From the NCBI GenBank assembly GCA_019358935.1, contig JAHHIK010000132.1, positions 1 through 21,355 on the forward strand: 21,355 nucleotides of DNA, written 5' to 3'. Origin of the DNA: Tolypothrix carrinoi HA7290-LM1. Lineage in GTDB: Bacteria; Cyanobacteriota; Cyanobacteriia; Cyanobacteriales; Nostocaceae. Position numbers and translations under genes: made by a program. Of this stretch, positions 18,345-21,355 are shown in pieces (position 1 is the first letter of the stretch; the number at the start of each line of letters is the position of its first letter). Below the pieces are notes generated by a model. It was not told the DNA's origin. It saw nothing but the letters and a program-made list of their open reading frames with translations, and did no database searches.

Positions 18345-19613
18345 GTGTTTGTTTTGAAAAGACTCAATAAGAAATTCCTCAAATTTTTGAGTATTGCTTT
18401 CTTTGTTATCACGTTAGTTTTCTACCCCTCTCTTTTGGGGCACTTACCACTAGTCGGCTCACTTTCCTCAGAGATTAGCATTGTCGGTGCGGTTACGCCT
18501 GAAAGTGTACCAGCAACTGTCCAATTTAACATTGCTCAGGCTCCCCCTCCACCCGGAGACTCAGAAAAAAAAGCCGGCGAGAAAGAGGGTGTCATTGACT
18601 TCTTCAAAATGGCGATGGGCGCGTTGGCGGGTTTAGTGCTGTTTATCTACGGTGTCACCCGTCTGTCTGAAGGACTAGAAGACCTAGGGACAGAGCGCAT
18701 GAAAAATTTTCTGAGCAAAAGCACCACAAATCGCTTTGCTGGTGTGTTAACTGGAGCAGTAGCAACAACGCTGCTAGAGTCCTCGTCGGTGACAATCATC
18801 TTGGTAATCGCGATGGTAAGTGCTGGCGTACTGAACTTCGTGCAATCCCTCGGTGTGGTACTGGGATCTAATATTGGTACAGCAGTCGGGGCGCAGATCA
18901 TCTCCCTTAATATTGAACTGTACATTCCCATCTTGATGTTTGCTGGGGTGTTACTGTTATTTGTGGGAAAAACACAGCGGCTGAAAACCATCGGCATCAT
19001 TTTGCTGGGGTTTGGCTTAATGTTCTATGGGCTAGAGGCAATTGACGAAGCGATGAAGCCCTTCCGAGACTACGATCCGTTCATCAATTGGATGAAAACT
19101 TTGGGTAATAATCCTCTTTTGGGTGCTTTAGTCGGAGCCATTGTTACCGTCATCATTCAATCTTCTTCCGCAACGGTTGCTATTGTGATTACCCTGGCAA
19201 GTTCTGGCTTAATTGCTCTGCCTGCGGGGGTAGCAATTATGTTGGGTGCGGAAATTGGCACCTGTGCTGATACCCTAGTGGCTACCATTGGTCGGGGGAG
19301 TGCGGCTCTACGAACCGGCGTTTTTCACTTTTTGTTTAATCTGTTCACTGTCGCTGTAGGAATTCTTTTTGCGCCTCAACTCGTCCAACTAGCTCAGGTA
19401 ATCTCTGGCAAAGGGGGAGTAGGACGGCAAGTTGCTAATGCCCAGATGCTGTTTAATATCTTGGGCGTTGCGATCGTGATTGGCTTCCTACCTATAATCG
19501 CTACCCTCTTAGCGAAGCTTATTCCTGAGACACAAGCTGACCGGGAACGGCAACGCCGACAGCAAGAAAAGCAGAAAACGGCATCAGATGAGCAGGTCGG
19601 TGCGAGTGTCTAG
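18345..19613 (+). CDS. Na/Pi cotransporter family protein (NptA/PNaS type)
   Basis: Two repeats with LESSSVT...LGSNIGT and IQSSSAT...LGAEIGT. AAGGAG RBS before the GTG. Confidence 0.93.
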   Translation: MFVLKRLNKKFLKFLSIAFFVITLVFYPSLLGHLPLVGSLSSEISIVGAVTPESVPATVQFNIAQAPPPPGDSEKKAGEKEGVIDFFKMAMGALAGLVLFIYGVTRLSEGLEDLGTERMKNFLSKSTTNRFAGVLTGAVATTLLESSSVTIILVIAMVSAGVLNFVQSLGVVLGSNIGTAVGAQIISLNIELYIPILMFAGVLLLFVGKTQRLKTIGIILLGFGLMFYGLEAIDEAMKPFRDYDPFINWMKTLGNNPLLGALVGAIVTVIIQSSSATVAIVITLASSGLIALPAGVAIMLGAEIGTCADTLVATIGRGSAALRTGVFHFLFNLFTVAVGILFAPQLVQLAQVISGKGGVGRQVANAQMLFNILGVAIVIGFLPIIATLLAKLIPETQADRERQRRQQEKQKTASDEQVGASV

Positions 19614-19757
19614 AGGCAATAAGTGATGGTTGCTGTTGATAGCGGCAAAGGCTTGCGTGCAGCCTAGCCGCAATCGCGATCAAAGTGCCCACCCAACAGT
19701 CCTTTTAAATAATCATTTTTTGCCATAAACTACCCTAAAAGGCATTTTGCAGCAATT

Positions 19758-20551
19758 ATGAAATTCTTATTTTCTGTTTTAGTTGCGCCTGTGGTTATAT
19801 TATTAACTTCAACACGACACTGGCAGTTATTCAAACCAAAGTTGTTGAGTACAAACACGGCAATGCAGTTTTAGAAGGTTATTTGGCATACGATGACGCT
19901 ATTCAAGGAAAACGCCCTGGTGTATTAGTTGTTCATGAATGGAATGGATTGCAATCTTATGTGAAAAAACGCACACAGGAATTAGCTAAACTTGGTTATG
20001 TCGCTTTTGCGATTGATATGTATGGCAAAGGAATTCGACCAAAAAATCCCCAAGAGTCGGCAGCACAAGCAACTATTTCTCGTCAAGATAGAAAATTGAT
20101 GCGCGATCGCGCTACTGCGGGGTTACAAGTTTTACAACAAAATTCGTTAGCAGATGTTAAACGCATTGCGGCAATAGGTTACTGTTTTGGAGGTGGTACA
20201 GTATTAGAACTTGCTCGCAGTGATGCCGATATTGCTGGAGTAGTTAGTTTTCACGGCAACCTTGATACCCCTAACCCCAGCGATGCCAAAAATATCAAAG
20301 CGAAAGTATTAGTATTGCATGGTGCTAACGATCCGCTTGTGCCTAAAGAACAAGTTAAAGCCTTTGAAACAGAAATGCGACAAGCTAATGTGAAGTGGCA
20401 ACTTGTATCTTATCCACGCGCAGTGCATGGCTTCACCAATCCAGAGTCAGGTGACGATCCCTCCAAGAAAGTAGCTTACAACAAAAATGCAGACGAGCGA
20501 TCGTGGCGAGCAATGAAGCAGTTTTTTGCCCAAATATTTCAATATAAGTGA
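19758..20551 (+). pseudogene. Dienelactone hydrolase family protein, frameshifted in the signal peptide (or a sequence error)
   Basis: VVHEWNG, GYCFGG nucleophile, HGANDP and AVHGF are intact. ATG 19758 (MKFLFSVLVAPVVILLTST) is out of frame with TTLAVIQTKVVEYKHGNAVLEGYLAYDD. Confidence 0.82.
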
Positions 20552-20670
20552 GTTTTATATCATCCTTCCGACAGATGGAGGAATTTGCAATAATTACATT
20601 TTAGAGAGATGAAATTGCACTTCCTAGCTTCTTAAAATGATGCTAAAGAATAAACAATAGGAATGTAATT

Positions 20671-20865
20671 ATGTCTGAAGAAGAAAAGACCAAAACTCCA
20701 GATAACACAGCAGATGCATCAGGTGGCTATCAAACCACTATCGACGAAGAGACTCGCAAAACTGGCACTGCTGCTGAGAGTGATGCCAAATCTACGGCAA
20801 AACCAGAAGCACCCGGAGAAGATTCAGTAGCAGGTAGCCCGAATCAGGGAACTGAATCGCGTTAA
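20671..20865 (+). CDS. Small acidic hydrophilic hypothetical protein (64 aa)
   Basis: AGGA RBS upstream of the ATG. Composition rich in E/D/T/A/S with almost no hydrophobic core. Confidence 0.72.
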   Translation: MSEEEKTKTPDNTADASGGYQTTIDEETRKTGTAAESDAKSTAKPEAPGEDSVAGSPNQGTESR

Positions 20866-20985
20866 ATTGTGCCGGAACTGTGTAAAGTAGAAGCAGTTTG
20901 ATGCAAAAAATTACGAGTGGAGATGCGTTGCAATAGCGACAATCATCCACTCGATTTTTATAAATGCGATCGCCTCATATATATC

Positions 20986-21211
20986 AGGACTTACGGAAAA
21001 ACTCTCCGAAACTCTCAACTTCTGTGTCCTCTGCGTCCCACCGTTCGCGTAGCCGCGTGCCTCTAAAAGAGCGCAGCGTCTCCCTTTGGGAGAAGAGAAG
21101 CGTCTTTGATCCCAGAAGCTTTGATCGCTCGTAACCAAGCGCGAGAACTTCTCTGTACGGTAGCCTACGGCAAGCCATAAAGCTTGGTGCAGTCGCTCAT
21201 GGGGGAAACCA
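20986..21211. repeat. Cluster of nested Nostocales dispersed repeats
   Basis: Begins with aggacttacgg and contains ctctgcgt, gcgcagcgtctccctttgggaga and agtcgctcatgggggaaacc repeat modules. Confidence 0.6.
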
Positions 21212-21355
21212 CGGCAGGTGCTTCAAGTCGGGAAACCCGACGGCAGGTGCTTCAAGCCGGGAAACCCGACGGCAGGTGCTTCAAGCCGGGAAACCCGACG
21301 GCAGGTGCTTCAAGCCGGGAAACCCGACGGCAGGTGCTTCAAGCCGGGAAACCCG
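21212..21355. repeat. Tandem array of a 29-bp unit, 5 copies, running off the window
   Basis: cggcaggtgcttcaag(t/c)cgggaaacccga starting at 21212, 21241, 21270, 21299 and 21328. No spacers. Confidence 0.95.

Noticed and set aside
20911..21178. Two short minus-strand ORFs
   Set aside because: They are translations of nested dispersed repeats.
21212..21355. CRISPR array
   Set aside because: The units are contiguous with no unique spacers, and there are no cas genes in the window.

Overview
A heterocyst-forming (Nostocales-type) cyanobacterial chromosome segment. This is supported by more than 30 HIP1 octamers (GCGATCGC), STRR heptamer tracts, SDR-type palindromes, and psbK and psbM. The left half (about 0.1-9.8 kb) is housekeeping: a GNAT gene that appears 5'-truncated, comF, a PPC-domain protein, cobS, a hypothetical gene, tgt, psbK, a 2Fe-2S ferredoxin, psbM, a universal stress protein and oligopeptidase A. 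The right half is accessory: a collapsed phosphotransferase-like relic, a GC-richer RND efflux pair and a 3-kb patchwork (15.1-18.1 kb). The patchwork holds DUF2809 and GNAT genes among fragments of a plasmid-type gene, a thermonuclease, an IS5-type transposase and a Na/Pi transporter paralog, with several junctions at or near HIP1 sites. It is followed by an intact Na/Pi cotransporter with a candidate SphR Pho box, a dienelactone hydrolase frameshifted in its signal peptide, a small acidic protein and a terminal 29-bp tandem array. I see no complete novel multi-gene system and no CRISPR, rRNA or tRNA. The most interesting signals are HIP1-centred insertion and rearrangement events and the putative phosphate-regulated locus. 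Family assignments come from recalled motifs, not from database searches.
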